Below, piece after piece: positions 1 to 9,077 of a DNA stretch of 35,632 bases. Where the stretch lies: assembly GCA_964373495.1 (NCBI GenBank), contig CAYJUW010000003.1, forward strand, positions 1-35,632, read 5' to 3'. The notes beneath the pieces are model-generated. The model was not told the origin of the DNA. It did not search any database and was given only the letters and a program-made list of their open reading frames with translations. Positions within the stretch are counted from its first letter, which is position 1. Each line of letters starts with the position of its first letter. Source of the DNA: an uncultured Candidatus Saccharibacteria bacterium. GTDB taxonomy: Bacteria; Patescibacteriota; Minisyncoccia; Sungbacterales; SURF-37. A program made the position numbers and the translations under genes.

Positions 1-750
1 CGTTTTACGAGGGTTCCAGGACCGAGCGTTCCGCAGGAGACATCAACGCAATCACCACAGTCTCGTATTGTTCCTGAAGAAATTTTTGTCAGATTGGATT
101 CTAGAGCCGATCGGAACATTCTGGAGAGCATTATAGCAGGATACGGCGGTTCAGTTGTGGCGGACAAGGCCACCGAAGATGGTGGTGCGGGGTTGCGGAT
201 CAAATTTCCCGGCGCAACAGAGCAGCGACTTGAACAGATAAGTAAAGAGATCGCAGATCGCGTTTCAGGTGTATTGAGCGTATCACCTCATTGGATTCCT
301 GGACCGATCTATAATTCATCAGAGGTTGATGCCTCGCAGTGGAAAACCTATCGGAATGAGAAATATGGGTTTGAGGTGAGGTACCCATCGTCGTGGTGTC
401 ATAATGATCCAAAAAAAGATGAGGGATTTGTGAATTTCAGTCGCTGTCCGTATGCTGACAACACAAGTGTGATGAAACTAGATTCCCTATGTGTTTTTGC
501 GACCGGGTTTGAGTATGCGGAAAAATTTGCTACAACAACTGAAGAAGTGAGATTTAACAATAATGTTTTTCTTGAGAATAAAACTTATGCAGATGATGAG
601 TGGGTGTTAGATATAATTTCTGTGAATATGCCATCCAGTGATGATAAGCAATGTAAGATGATCTCATTTATTTTCGGGAAGAATTCTATTAAGGATTTTA
701 GAGTTGGTATTGTGCCTCAGATTCTCTCTACTTTCAAATTCGTTAAGTAA
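1..750 (+). CDS. Hypothetical exported protein with PsbP-like C-terminal domain (5' truncated by window)
   Basis: Frame 1 is open from base 1. Contains WKTYRNEKYGFEVRYPSSW and ends in ILSTFKFVK, a pattern I recognise from CPR PsbP-like surface proteins. Confidence 0.6.
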   Translation, partial: RFTRVPGPSVPQETSTQSPQSRIVPEEIFVRLDSRADRNILESIIAGYGGSVVADKATEDGGAGLRIKFPGATEQRLEQISKEIADRVSGVLSVSPHWIPGPIYNSSEVDASQWKTYRNEKYGFEVRYPSSWCHNDPKKDEGFVNFSRCPYADNTSVMKLDSLCVFATGFEYAEKFATTTEEVRFNNNVFLENKTYADDEWVLDIISVNMPSSDDKQCKMISFIFGKNSIKDFRVGIVPQILSTFKFVK

Positions 751-790
751 TTTTTGAAAATTAGAAATTGAGAATTGAAAATTCAGGACT
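751..790. repeat. Degenerate heptamer tandem repeat (AAATTRG-like)
   Basis: gaaaattagaaattgagaattgaaaattc. Confidence 0.55.
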
Positions 791-958
791 ATGCCCCTAA
801 ATCCCAACGCAAAACTCGTTAAAAATATTCTGGATTTAAAATCCCTGGAGCAAAAACCCACGCGGGGCGGGTTTGGGTTAGGAATGGTCGAGGTCACGAA
901 TGAAAATCCGAATGTGGTGCGGGGTTTGTGCCTTTTGATCTTACTGTTGCCAGCATGA
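791..958 (+). pseudogene. Diverged duplicate of the 5' end of the transketolase C-terminal subunit gene (55 codons)
   Basis: MPLNPNAKLVKNILDLKSLEQKPTRGGFGLGMVEVTNENPNVV aligns with MPVNPNAKLVENILDLKSLEQKPTRDGFGLGIVQAADENSSVV at 1824. Similarity is lost after about 920. Confidence 0.85.
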
Positions 959-987
959 TAACATGCTGATATTATCTACATTATGAA

Positions 988-1091
988 TCCCGTTAGAGAT
1001 GTGGTCGTATCTCTATACGGGTCGGGCATGAGAAATTGGTTACAAGTTTTGGTAATTAGTCAGTTGAGTCCTAAATCTCTAACGGGATGAA
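988..1091 (+). mobile_element. Palindromic MITE-like element (TCCCGTTAGAGAT...ATCTCTAACGGGA + TGAA)
   Basis: 13-bp perfect terminal inverted repeat at 988-1000/1075-1087. Related ends occur at 27887 and 34682. Confidence 0.65.
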
Positions 1092-1332
1092 AAGAACGCA
1101 GATACAATTAGATGAAAAGACTTGGGAAACGCTACGGGAGCGGGCGTTTCGCGAGAGGCGTTCCATCGCCGAGATAGTGCGGGCAATGTTGCGGACGCAT
1201 GTTGAGAAAACAGCAAGGCCGCGCAACTTTTCCTCCTTTTCTTTTATTGGGTCAGGCGCCTCACGTGGCCGCGGGCGCGGAAGAGTATCGGAGCGTCACG
1301 ACGAAGTATTGAGTGAGGCTTTTTACAAATAA
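1087..1332 (+). CDS. Ribbon-helix-helix (CopG-like) antitoxin
   Basis: MKRTQIQLDE...SIAEIVR RHH pattern and C-terminal VSERHDEVL; directly upstream of a PIN toxin. Confidence 0.8.
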   Translation: MKRTQIQLDEKTWETLRERAFRERRSIAEIVRAMLRTHVEKTARPRNFSSFSFIGSGASRGRGRGRVSERHDEVLSEAFYK

Positions 1333-1334
1333 TT

Positions 1335-1727
1335 ATGATTTTTCTTGATACCTCCGCGATTTACGCTTTAGCCGACAGGGCCGACCTGAATCATCAGAAT
1401 GCAAAAACGCTTTTCGATAAAGCTCTTCATGGCGGCGAAGGATTGCTGATCCATAACTATATTCTTATCGAAGCGGCTGCTTTAATTCACCATCGGCTTG
1501 GTTTTGCCCCGGCTAAAAAGTTTCTCAAAGACGTAGCGTTTTTCCAGACCGTTTGGGTAGATGCTTTTTTACACGAAGCCGGAACGGCCTTATTTTTACA
1601 AAGCGCGAAAAGAAGAGTGAGTTTTGTGGATTGTGTAAGCTTTGCCTTAATGCGACAGAAGGGGATCAAGGCCGCCTTTGCCTTTGATGATGACTTCCTG
1701 AGAGCCGGCTTTCAGATATATTCTTAA
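1335..1727 (+). CDS. vapC: PIN-domain VapC-family toxin
   Basis: IFLDTSA, IE, SFVDCVSF and AFDDDF acidic PIN motifs; 130 aa. Confidence 0.9.
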   Translation: MIFLDTSAIYALADRADLNHQNAKTLFDKALHGGEGLLIHNYILIEAAALIHHRLGFAPAKKFLKDVAFFQTVWVDAFLHEAGTALFLQSAKRRVSFVDCVSFALMRQKGIKAAFAFDDDFLRAGFQIYS

Positions 1728-1823
1728 ATCCGCAGGAAATCCGACGAATACGCTTAATACATTAAACTTTAAACTGTAACGTTTCACTTTTCATTTTTAA
1801 CTTTTAACTTGAGCGAAGCGAAC

Positions 1824-2849
1824 ATGCCCGTAAATCCCAACGCAAAACTTGTAGAAAATATTCTGGATTTAAAATCCTTGGAACAAAAACCAACGAGGGA
1901 CGGGTTTGGGTTAGGTATTGTTCAGGCGGCGGATGAGAATTCCAGCGTGGTGGCTCTTTGCGCTGATTTGACGGAATCAACGCGCATGGAAGCGTTTGCG
2001 AAAAAATATCCGGAGCGGTTTGTGGAAATGGGGGTGGCCGAGCAAAATATGGCATCGGTTGCGGCCGGAATGTCGCTTATGGGGAAAATTCCGTACATCA
2101 CCTCGTATGCCATGTTTAGTCCCGGCAGAAACTGGGAACAGCTTCGCACCACGGTCTGCTACAACGAGGCCAATGTTAAAATAATCGGCTCGCATGCCGG
2201 TGTCTCGGTGGGGCCGGACGGAGCAACGCACCAAGCAATAGAGGATATTGCCATTACCCGTCCCATTGCCGATATGCGGGTTTTTGCGCCCTGCGATATG
2301 CACGAAGCCCAAAAAGTAACCTACGCCATTTCAAAAGTGCACGGCCCCTGTTACGCCCGCTTTGCGCGTGAGAAAACGCCGGTATTTACTACCGAGGAGA
2401 CGCCGTTTGAGATCGGCAAAGCGCAAATATTCTGGGACGCAAATGGTAGTCCTTCGACTAGCTCAGGACGATCACGGCTTGATGTTGCCGTGATCGCCTG
2501 CGGCCCGCTTGTGCATAACGCCATTCTCGCGGCCGCAGAACTGGAGAAAGAGGGGATTAAGATTCGCGTGATCAACAATGTTTCCATTAAGCCCATGGAC
2601 GAGGCCACCATCATTCAGGCGGCAAAAGACGCCGGCTGTGTGGTTACTGTCGAAGAGCATCAGGTTTCGGGCGGCATGGGGTCAGCCGTGGCCGAGGTGC
2701 TGGCAAAAAATTATCCCGTTCCCATGGAATTCATCGGCGTCCAGAACCGCTTTGGCGAATCCGGAGCTCCAAACGAGCTCATTGAGCATTTCGGTATGGG
2801 AGTGAAGCATATTGAAAAAGCGGTAAAAAAAGTTTTGGAGAGGAAGTGA
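1824..2849 (+). CDS. Transketolase, C-terminal (pyrimidine-binding + C-terminal domain) subunit
   Basis: ERFVEMGVAEQNM, GPDGATHQAIED and VTVEEH...GGMGSAVAE motifs. ATG at 1824 matches the start of the duplicate at 791. Confidence 0.92.
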   Translation: MPVNPNAKLVENILDLKSLEQKPTRDGFGLGIVQAADENSSVVALCADLTESTRMEAFAKKYPERFVEMGVAEQNMASVAAGMSLMGKIPYITSYAMFSPGRNWEQLRTTVCYNEANVKIIGSHAGVSVGPDGATHQAIEDIAITRPIADMRVFAPCDMHEAQKVTYAISKVHGPCYARFAREKTPVFTTEETPFEIGKAQIFWDANGSPSTSSGRSRLDVAVIACGPLVHNAILAAAELEKEGIKIRVINNVSIKPMDEATIIQAAKDAGCVVTVEEHQVSGGMGSAVAEVLAKNYPVPMEFIGVQNRFGESGAPNELIEHFGMGVKHIEKAVKKVLERK

Positions 2850-2885
2850 TTTGTTTTTCTGCATTGATCATGTTATAATAGAGGC

Positions 2886-3134
2886 ATGCCTAAAGCAAAA
2901 AAGAAGGTCATGCGGTTCCGGCAGTCTCTTTTTTGGGATGTTGATCCGAAGACCATTGATCTCAAAAAACATGCGCGCTACATCATTGAGCGCGTGCTTG
3001 AATTTGGAGATGATCGAGAAACGCGATGGCTTTTTCACTACTACCCGCGAGATCTCATTCGCGATACTCTAGATCGCTCCCGTGGAGTGCTTCACGAAAA
3101 AACAAAGACGTTATGGTCTCTCGTGCTGAAATAA
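2886..3134 (+). CDS. Small DUF6922-like protein, putative partner of the downstream nucleotidyltransferase
   Basis: LFWDVD...YIIERVLEFGD motif; overlaps the AbiEii-like gene. Confidence 0.75.
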   Translation: MPKAKKKVMRFRQSLFWDVDPKTIDLKKHARYIIERVLEFGDDRETRWLFHYYPRDLIRDTLDRSRGVLHEKTKTLWSLVLK

Positions 3135-3808
3135 CTAAAATAAAATCGGAGGAGCTCTGTCTCAATGCCCTTCCGCCAAAAGTGAAACGAGCCTTTGGGA
3201 TGTGCATCAAATTCCGCTTTTTGTCATGCCGAGAATGGTATCTTGCCGGTGGCACGGCCTTGGCGCTTCAGGTAGGCCACAGGCAATCAGTTGATTTAGA
3301 TTTTTTTTCTCCGCGCGGCACGTTTCGGATGACTTCCTTAGAGAGGTTCCTTTTCAATACCAAAGAGTGGGAAACAACGTTTCGCGAATCCGGCACTCTT
3401 TACGGCAGGTTGCGCGACGCCAAGATGAGTTTTATCGCCTATCCCTTTTTTAAGCCGTCGCCGGCGCGCGTTCGTTGCGGCAATATTTGTATCCTCACGC
3501 CGGCCGATATTGCCGCGATGAAAATTCTTGCCATCAGTCAAAGGGGACGGAAGCGGGATTTCGTGGATCTTTACTGGTATTGCAGTAACCGTGAAGCACT
3601 GGAGAGTATTATCCTGCGCGCAATCTATCAGTACCCCGGACAGGAACATAGTTTGCCTCATATTCTAAAAAGTTTGGTGTATTTTGAGGACGCGGAAAAT
3701 GATCCCATGCCTAAACTTTTTTTCCGGGCCGATTGGCGGGCGATGAAGGCCTACTTCCGCCGCGAAGTGCCCAAAGTTACCATGAAATTGCTGAAATTGG
3801 GGAAATGA
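3113..3808 (+). CDS. AbiEii/AbiGii-family nucleotidyltransferase (type IV TA-like toxin)
   Basis: YLAGGTALAL..GHRQSVDLDFF, AAMKILAI..RGRKRDFVDLY and LVYFEDAE. ATG 3113 chosen within ORF 3026-3808. Confidence 0.85.
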   Translation: MVSRAEITKIKSEELCLNALPPKVKRAFGMCIKFRFLSCREWYLAGGTALALQVGHRQSVDLDFFSPRGTFRMTSLERFLFNTKEWETTFRESGTLYGRLRDAKMSFIAYPFFKPSPARVRCGNICILTPADIAAMKILAISQRGRKRDFVDLYWYCSNREALESIILRAIYQYPGQEHSLPHILKSLVYFEDAENDPMPKLFFRADWRAMKAYFRREVPKVTMKLLKLGK

Positions 3809-4002
3809 TTTCGCATTATTATATGGAAAAAATTTCTGGAGAAAATACGAAAAAAGAAAACGTGGCTTCACTTGATGAGTTCCGAAAGAAAAAGTCGAGA
3901 GATAGTGATATTAAAATACTGCGTCTTCCTCCAAACGCCACCGATGAAGAAATAGAAAGCGCCTGGAAAAAATGGTGGAAAAAAGAAGTGAGTTTTGACT
4001 AG
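3805..4002 (+). CDS. Small hypothetical protein
   Basis: ATG overlaps the upstream stop (ATGA); charged sequence with VASLDEFRKKK; start uncertain. Confidence 0.4.
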   Translation: MISHYYMEKISGENTKKENVASLDEFRKKKSRDSDIKILRLPPNATDEEIESAWKKWWKKEVSFD

Positions 4003-4065
4003 GAAGCTGCCGGAAACTGCGGGGTCAGACCCCGCGATATTTAACAGCCGTCAGAATAGTTTACA

Positions 4066-4099
4066 AAACACCCTTGCGCAAACAGGGTGTTTTGTGTTT
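4066..4099 (+). terminator. Intrinsic terminator-like hairpin
   Basis: aaaacaccct-tgcgcaaac-agggtgtttt followed by T-rich tail. Confidence 0.55.
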
Positions 4100-4138
4100 C
4101 CCACACACAGGTGTATTATAAATTTATAGAGCATCTTT

Positions 4139-4300
4139 ATGGACGACCACCCCACCGTAAAATCCATCATGACCCAAGAAGTAATCTCGGTAAAACCCGA
4201 TACTCCGCTCCAGGAAGCGGCGGAGATTTTGGCGCGCCACGGCTTTGACGGCATGCCGGTGGCGGATTAAAAAATAGATTGGTCTGCGGAGATAACAGAG
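4139..4300 (+). pseudogene. CBS-domain gene remnant
   Basis: MDDHPTVKSIMTQEVISVKPDTPLQEAAEILARHGFDGMPVAD, stop at 4268-4270. The expected NRLV.G.ITE continuation follows in shifted frames. Confidence 0.75.
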
Positions 4301-4408
4301 GTTGGGCTGGCAAAAAGGTGACTTTGAAGGCGGTTTGTAGATACACTGAAAATCTGGTACGATTTCCACAAGGTCGAGTTTTAGCTAATTACCAATAAAT
4401 TTTACGCT

Positions 4409-5302
4409 ATGTCCAAAAAACATATTTTAGCAGGTGGTGGTATGGCGTTGGCAGCGTTGGGTATGGCGGCGATGTTTGCGTTTGCCCAAACACCCCCGCC
4501 GGATCCGGGGAAACCAGTCAAGCTCCATATGGAAGTTAAAGACAACGGCCGGGTGCTGGTGCGTGGAGCCAAAGTCACCTCAGTCGCTACGAGCACCATA
4601 AACGCAGCGACGACCTGGGAAGGAGGAGCTAGCATTCCGTGGGTTATTACCACCGATGGCAGTACCGAATACGTACGTCGCCATGGTGGAAATGGGTCGC
4701 TCTCCGAGTTTGCCGTGGGGCACACCATCAGTTTCTCCGGGTGGTTGGTACCTGCCGCGTCTCTTACAGTTCGCGCCGATGTCGTGAAGAACTGGTCCAT
4801 TGAAAAAGAAAAAATTAATCCCTTTGGGGTTATCCAGAGTATTGATTCTCCGGCCAAAAGTTTTATCGTTAAGACCGACGAAGAGAAACTGGGTACGTTG
4901 ACTGTCCTGACTTCAGATGCAACAGCATTTTTCAAGGGTAAAGCAACGACGACCTTTGCTGCGCTAAAAGTTGGAGACCGCGTGCGCGCAAGAGGGGTAT
5001 GGGATCGAGTTGCTAATACTTTGCAAGCCGACTGGATAAAGGTGCATGTCGAGGATCGAAGGGTTTTTGAGGGCGGGAAACTAAAGACCCTTCCCGGCGC
5101 AAGCGCGCCTACCTCGATGGTCGTGACCTTCGGTCGGATGGACTACACCGTGAACATTGCTACGGATACGGCGGTCTTGAACCGGAATTGGGGTAAAGCG
5201 TTGCTCGCCGATTTCCGAATTGGCCACCACATCCGCGTCTACGGGGTGGCCGACGGCACGACGATAGACGCCACCGTAGTGCGCAACGTAGATCTCCGAT
5301 AG
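4409..5302 (+). CDS. Secreted protein with repeated OB-like (DUF5666-like) domains
   Basis: Signal peptide ending in AFA; three repeats with LKVGDRVRARG / FAVGHTISFSG / FRIGHHIRVYG. Confidence 0.7.
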   Translation: MSKKHILAGGGMALAALGMAAMFAFAQTPPPDPGKPVKLHMEVKDNGRVLVRGAKVTSVATSTINAATTWEGGASIPWVITTDGSTEYVRRHGGNGSLSEFAVGHTISFSGWLVPAASLTVRADVVKNWSIEKEKINPFGVIQSIDSPAKSFIVKTDEEKLGTLTVLTSDATAFFKGKATTTFAALKVGDRVRARGVWDRVANTLQADWIKVHVEDRRVFEGGKLKTLPGASAPTSMVVTFGRMDYTVNIATDTAVLNRNWGKALLADFRIGHHIRVYGVADGTTIDATVVRNVDLR

Positions 5303-5321
5303 CGAAATCGTCGCTGTGAAC

Positions 5322-5349
5322 AAAACGCCCTCTCCGGAGAGGGCGTTTT
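5322..5349. terminator. Bidirectional terminator-like hairpin
   Basis: aaaacgccctctccggagagggcgtttt perfect palindrome. Confidence 0.6.
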
Positions 5350-5365
5350 GGGTTACCATGAAGTC

Positions 5366-6394
5366 ATGGCTCATCATTACGATTTCGTGGCCATTGGCGA
5401 TACGGTGACCGACGCCTTTATCCGGCTGAAGGATGCGGAAGTGCACTGCCGGCTTGACCATGAGGCCTGTGAGATCTGCATGCGCTTCGGGGATAAGATC
5501 CCCTACGAGAGCGTGACCGTAGTTCCCGGGGTGGGGAATAGCGCCAATGCCGCGGTTTCGGCCTCGCGTCTTGGCCTCAAAACCGCGTTCGTTTCCAACG
5601 TCGGTGGTGATCATTTCGGGCAGGAAATTATCGAGACGCTGGGAAAGGAGGGCGTTGATACCCGATTCATCAAAATCAACAAGGACAAGAAGACCAACTA
5701 CCACTACGTGCTCTGGTTCCAGGACGACCGAACGATCTTGATTAAGCATGAAGAGTTCGATTACGAACTGCCGGACATCGGGGAGCCGAACTGGGTGTAC
5801 CTCTCATCGGCCAGTGAGAACTCATTGCCGTTCCATCGAACCTTGGCTAACTATTTCAGCAGTCATCCCGGTAGCAAACTTGCCTTCCAGCCGGGCACGT
5901 TCCAAATCAAATTCGGTGCCGAGGCGCTCGCCGACATCTACCGTCGTGCTGACGCGTTTTTCTGCAATCGAGAGGAAGCCAAGAGAATTTTACAGACCAC
6001 GGAGGATAACATGCGAAAGCTGCTTACTATGATGCACGGCCTCGGCCCGAAGATTGTGGTCCTCACCGATGGCGCGAAAGGCGCGTATGCCTATGACGGC
6101 GGAGGCCCTTCGAATGGCTCGGGGCAAAATTCGCGCGGCGAATTTTGGTTCATGAGGCCCTATCCGGATCCCCAGCCCCCGCTTTCCCGCACCGGCGCCG
6201 GGGATGCATTCTCCTCTACGTTCACGGTTGCCCTGGCCAAAGGCAAGAGCGTGCCCGAGGCCCTGCGCCTGGCCCCGATCAACTCCATGTCCGTGGTCCA
6301 GCACGTCGGGGCGCGGGCCGGGCTCCTCACCTGGAACCAACTGGAGGAGTATTTGGCAAAGGCGCCGGCGGACTACGAGCCAAAACTCCTGTAA
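5366..6394 (+). CDS. PfkB-family carbohydrate kinase
   Basis: GNSANAAVSASRLG, NREEA and RTGAGDAF signatures. Confidence 0.9.
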   Translation: MAHHYDFVAIGDTVTDAFIRLKDAEVHCRLDHEACEICMRFGDKIPYESVTVVPGVGNSANAAVSASRLGLKTAFVSNVGGDHFGQEIIETLGKEGVDTRFIKINKDKKTNYHYVLWFQDDRTILIKHEEFDYELPDIGEPNWVYLSSASENSLPFHRTLANYFSSHPGSKLAFQPGTFQIKFGAEALADIYRRADAFFCNREEAKRILQTTEDNMRKLLTMMHGLGPKIVVLTDGAKGAYAYDGGGPSNGSGQNSRGEFWFMRPYPDPQPPLSRTGAGDAFSSTFTVALAKGKSVPEALRLAPINSMSVVQHVGARAGLLTWNQLEEYLAKAPADYEPKLL

Positions 6395-6395
6395 T

Positions 6396-6528
6396 AAGCC
6401 CTAAGTTCTAAACCCGAAACCCTAAACAAGTTCTAATGACCAAAGTCAAAAATATAAAACACGTTTTGGGTTTGGAACATTTGGATTTTGGGTTTGTTTA
6501 GGATTTAGGACTTAGAGTTTAGGGCTTC
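6396..6528. repeat. Inverted array of degenerate heptamer repeats (CCTAAA.../...TTTAGG)
   Basis: Left arm aagccctaagttctaaacccgaaaccctaaacaa, right arm ttgtttaggatttaggacttagagtttagggctt. Related to the uvrC insertion at 33417-33510. Confidence 0.75.
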
Positions 6529-6540
6529 TATAATAGTGTG

Positions 6541-7422
6541 ATGGTATCGCTGCTGGAGTTATTACAAAGAGCAACTCGTGAGGGTTGGGCCACGGCCCAC
6601 TTTAACGCCTCAAACCTCGAGCAGATGCGGGTGGTTTGCCGGGTGTGCAGAGAACTGAGGAGCCCGGCCATCATCGGCACCTCGGAGGGGGAACGGGCTC
6701 ATATCGGCCTCCTTGAGGCCGTGGCCCTCCGTGAGGCGCTCCGGCATGAATTCGGAATCCCGGTGTTCTTGAACGCCGACCACACGAAGTCGGTCGAAGC
6801 GGCCGAGGCCGCGATTGACGCCGGCTATGATTCCATCCATATTGATTTATCAGCCGAACCGTTTGACGATAACGTCAGGGGCACGGCCGAGGTGGTGGCC
6901 TACGCTCGTGAAGCAAGAAGCAGGAAGCAAGAAGTAAGTATCAGCGTTGAAGGTGAACTTGGCTACCTCCGGGGCGAGTCAAAAGTTCAGAAGGAGAAGA
7001 TAGAGGTCCGGCCGGAAGATTTGACCAAACCGGACGAGGCCCGGGCGTTTTGCCACCGCACCGGTGTGGACCGCTTCGCCCCGGCCATCGGCAACATCCA
7101 CGGCATTTCGGAGGGGGAGCCCGCGCTCGACATTGAACGGATCAAGCGGATTCGACAGCTCGTGCCGCATCGCTGCGTTCTCGTCCTCCATGCCGGTTCG
7201 GGCATTCCGGATGATCAGATTCGCTCGGCCATCGAAGCCGGCATTGCCAACATCCACATCAACACCGACATCCGCGTGGCCTTCACCGCCGGGCTCCGCG
7301 AAGCCATCGAGGCACATCCCGAGGAGACGACACCGTATAAATTATTTCCCGAGGCCGAGAAGGCCATGGCCAAGGTCGTGGTGGAAAAACTAGAGCTATT
7401 TGGAGCAGTGAACAGAATATGA
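6541..7422 (+). CDS. fba: Class II fructose-bisphosphate aldolase
   Basis: NADH, VEGELG, AIGNIHG, LVLHAGSG and NINTD-like class II motifs. Confidence 0.9.
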   Translation: MVSLLELLQRATREGWATAHFNASNLEQMRVVCRVCRELRSPAIIGTSEGERAHIGLLEAVALREALRHEFGIPVFLNADHTKSVEAAEAAIDAGYDSIHIDLSAEPFDDNVRGTAEVVAYAREARSRKQEVSISVEGELGYLRGESKVQKEKIEVRPEDLTKPDEARAFCHRTGVDRFAPAIGNIHGISEGEPALDIERIKRIRQLVPHRCVLVLHAGSGIPDDQIRSAIEAGIANIHINTDIRVAFTAGLREAIEAHPEETTPYKLFPEAEKAMAKVVVEKLELFGAVNRI

Positions 7423-7525
7423 TGCCAATCTACAAATCTTATGCCAATTTTGCGAATTGCGAATCTACCCATCATATTCTCAATTTGCAGATTGGCATTA
7501 AATTCGCATCATTGGCATCGTAGTG
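7420..7525. repeat. TGCCAAT/GCGAAT inverted repeat element, copy 1
   Basis: tgatgccaatctacaaat...atttgcagattggcattaaattcgcatcattggcatc. Confidence 0.8.
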
Positions 7526-7526
7526 T

Positions 7527-8501
7527 ATGAAAATATTCATCACCCGCAAAATTCCTTCCCGCGGCATCGAGATGCTTTCGGCCAAGGGCCACACCGTGGC
7601 ACTGAATCCCGAGGACCGCGCGCTCACCAGAGAGGAACTGATTTCCTCATTCAAGGCCGACTGCTACGACGCCGTGCTCTCGATGCTGACGGACACGATT
7701 GACGCCGAAGTCCTCGATGCCGCCAAGTCAAGCGGCGTCAGAATTTTCGCTAATTACGCGGTGGGGTTTGACAACATTGACGTGAAGGCCGCAACGGAGC
7801 GGGGGATTATGGTCACGAACACGCCGGATGTCCTCACCGAAACCGTGGCCGAACATACTTTTGCGCTGATGTTGGCCATTAGCCACCGCATCCCCGAATC
7901 CGACCGCTTCTCGCGAGCCGGTAAATTCAAAGGTTGGGCGCCGGAACTCCTCTTGGGCACGGACGTGTCTGGCAAGACCCTCGGCGTCATCGGCCTCGGC
8001 CGTATCGGACAGCGCGTGGCGCACCATGCGGTCAAGGGATTTGACATGAGGGCCATCTACTTTGACGTGAAACGGAACGAGAATTTTGAGAAGGAATTTG
8101 GCGCCGAGTACCGCGCTAACGTTGATGACGTATTTCGCGAGGCCGATTTTGTTTCTCTCCATGTCCCCCTGACACCTAGCACCTTGCACCTGGTAAATGC
8201 CGAGCGCCTGCGGCTCATGAAGCCGGCGGCCTATCTCATCAACACTTCGCGCGGTCCCATCGTGGACGAGGCCGCGCTCCGCGATGCCCTGAAGGCCGGC
8301 GTCATCAAGGGTGCTGGCATTGACGTCTGGGAGCACGAGCCCGAGCTTACACCTGGTTTGGCTGAACTTGAAAATATTATCCTGACGCCCCACACCGCCT
8401 CGGCCACCGAAGAGACGCGCCAGAAGATGGGGGAACTGGCGGCAAAAAATATCATCGAGGCCTTGGAAGGCCGGCAACCGCCGAATGCCGTAAGCTCTTG
8501 A
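7527..8501 (+). CDS. D-glycerate dehydrogenase / glyoxylate reductase (D-2-hydroxyacid dehydrogenase)
   Basis: NYAVGFDNID, GVIGLGRIG, INTSRGPIVDE, DVWEHEP and TPHTAS. Confidence 0.92.
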   Translation: MKIFITRKIPSRGIEMLSAKGHTVALNPEDRALTREELISSFKADCYDAVLSMLTDTIDAEVLDAAKSSGVRIFANYAVGFDNIDVKAATERGIMVTNTPDVLTETVAEHTFALMLAISHRIPESDRFSRAGKFKGWAPELLLGTDVSGKTLGVIGLGRIGQRVAHHAVKGFDMRAIYFDVKRNENFEKEFGAEYRANVDDVFREADFVSLHVPLTPSTLHLVNAERLRLMKPAAYLINTSRGPIVDEAALRDALKAGVIKGAGIDVWEHEPELTPGLAELENIILTPHTASATEETRQKMGELAAKNIIEALEGRQPPNAVSS

Positions 8502-8526
8502 CGAGGTACGAGTAGTTTGATATAGT
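8498..8526 (+). promoter_or_regulatory. Sigma70-like promoter
   Basis: TTGACG-N17-TATAGT upstream of the 8572 ORF. Confidence 0.55.
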
Positions 8527-8571
8527 TATTTTCACGCAGTTCCCCATTCACCCACAACAAGGAGGAAAGGC

Positions 8572-9015
8572 ATGCGTGTTCTTTTGCTGGTGGATGATCC
8601 ACTGTTAGAGGGGATTTTGACGAGGTCCCTCAGCCATCTGCCGGGAGTTCATGTCGGAAACGCAGGTAGCATTCTCCATCAATCGATTCCAAGCATCTTA
8701 CGGGCGGGTGAACCGGCCATCGTCATCGTGGACGATAGACTGGATTTGGCACTCCAGCAGCCTGAGCGCATGACTGAGCTCATCGCCGAGCTCCGCCGTT
8801 CTGCGCCAAGAACCAGAGTCCGAATGCAGATCTGGGTGCTGGGGAGCTATGCCGGTTGCTTCAGCGCTACGGCGGATTACACTGGCGCTGGCGCAGATCG
8901 CGTGATTGACAAGCGATCCGTCATCCGCCTGGAGGAGCTCGGGAAGTTGGTGACTGACCATCGGGATTCCATCGTCCACACGCCACTCCCGGCCGGTCAC
9001 GACATCGTCGTCTGA
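8572..9015 (+). CDS. Degenerate receiver (CheY-like) domain protein
   Basis: MRVLLLVDDPLL, IVIVDDRL and GADRVIDK; AAGGAGG Shine-Dalgarno; own terminator at about 9044-9073. Confidence 0.6.
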   Translation: MRVLLLVDDPLLEGILTRSLSHLPGVHVGNAGSILHQSIPSILRAGEPAIVIVDDRLDLALQQPERMTELIAELRRSAPRTRVRMQIWVLGSYAGCFSATADYTGAGADRVIDKRSVIRLEELGKLVTDHRDSIVHTPLPAGHDIVV

Positions 9016-9043
9016 GGGGATGGAGAGATCCAGCCGGCTACCC

Positions 9044-9073
9044 GGCCGAGGCAGACGCTGCCTCGGCCTTTTT
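9044..9073 (+). terminator. Intrinsic terminator
   Basis: ggccgaggca-gacgc-tgcctcggcc-ttttt. Confidence 0.7.
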
Positions 9074-9077
9074 CTAG

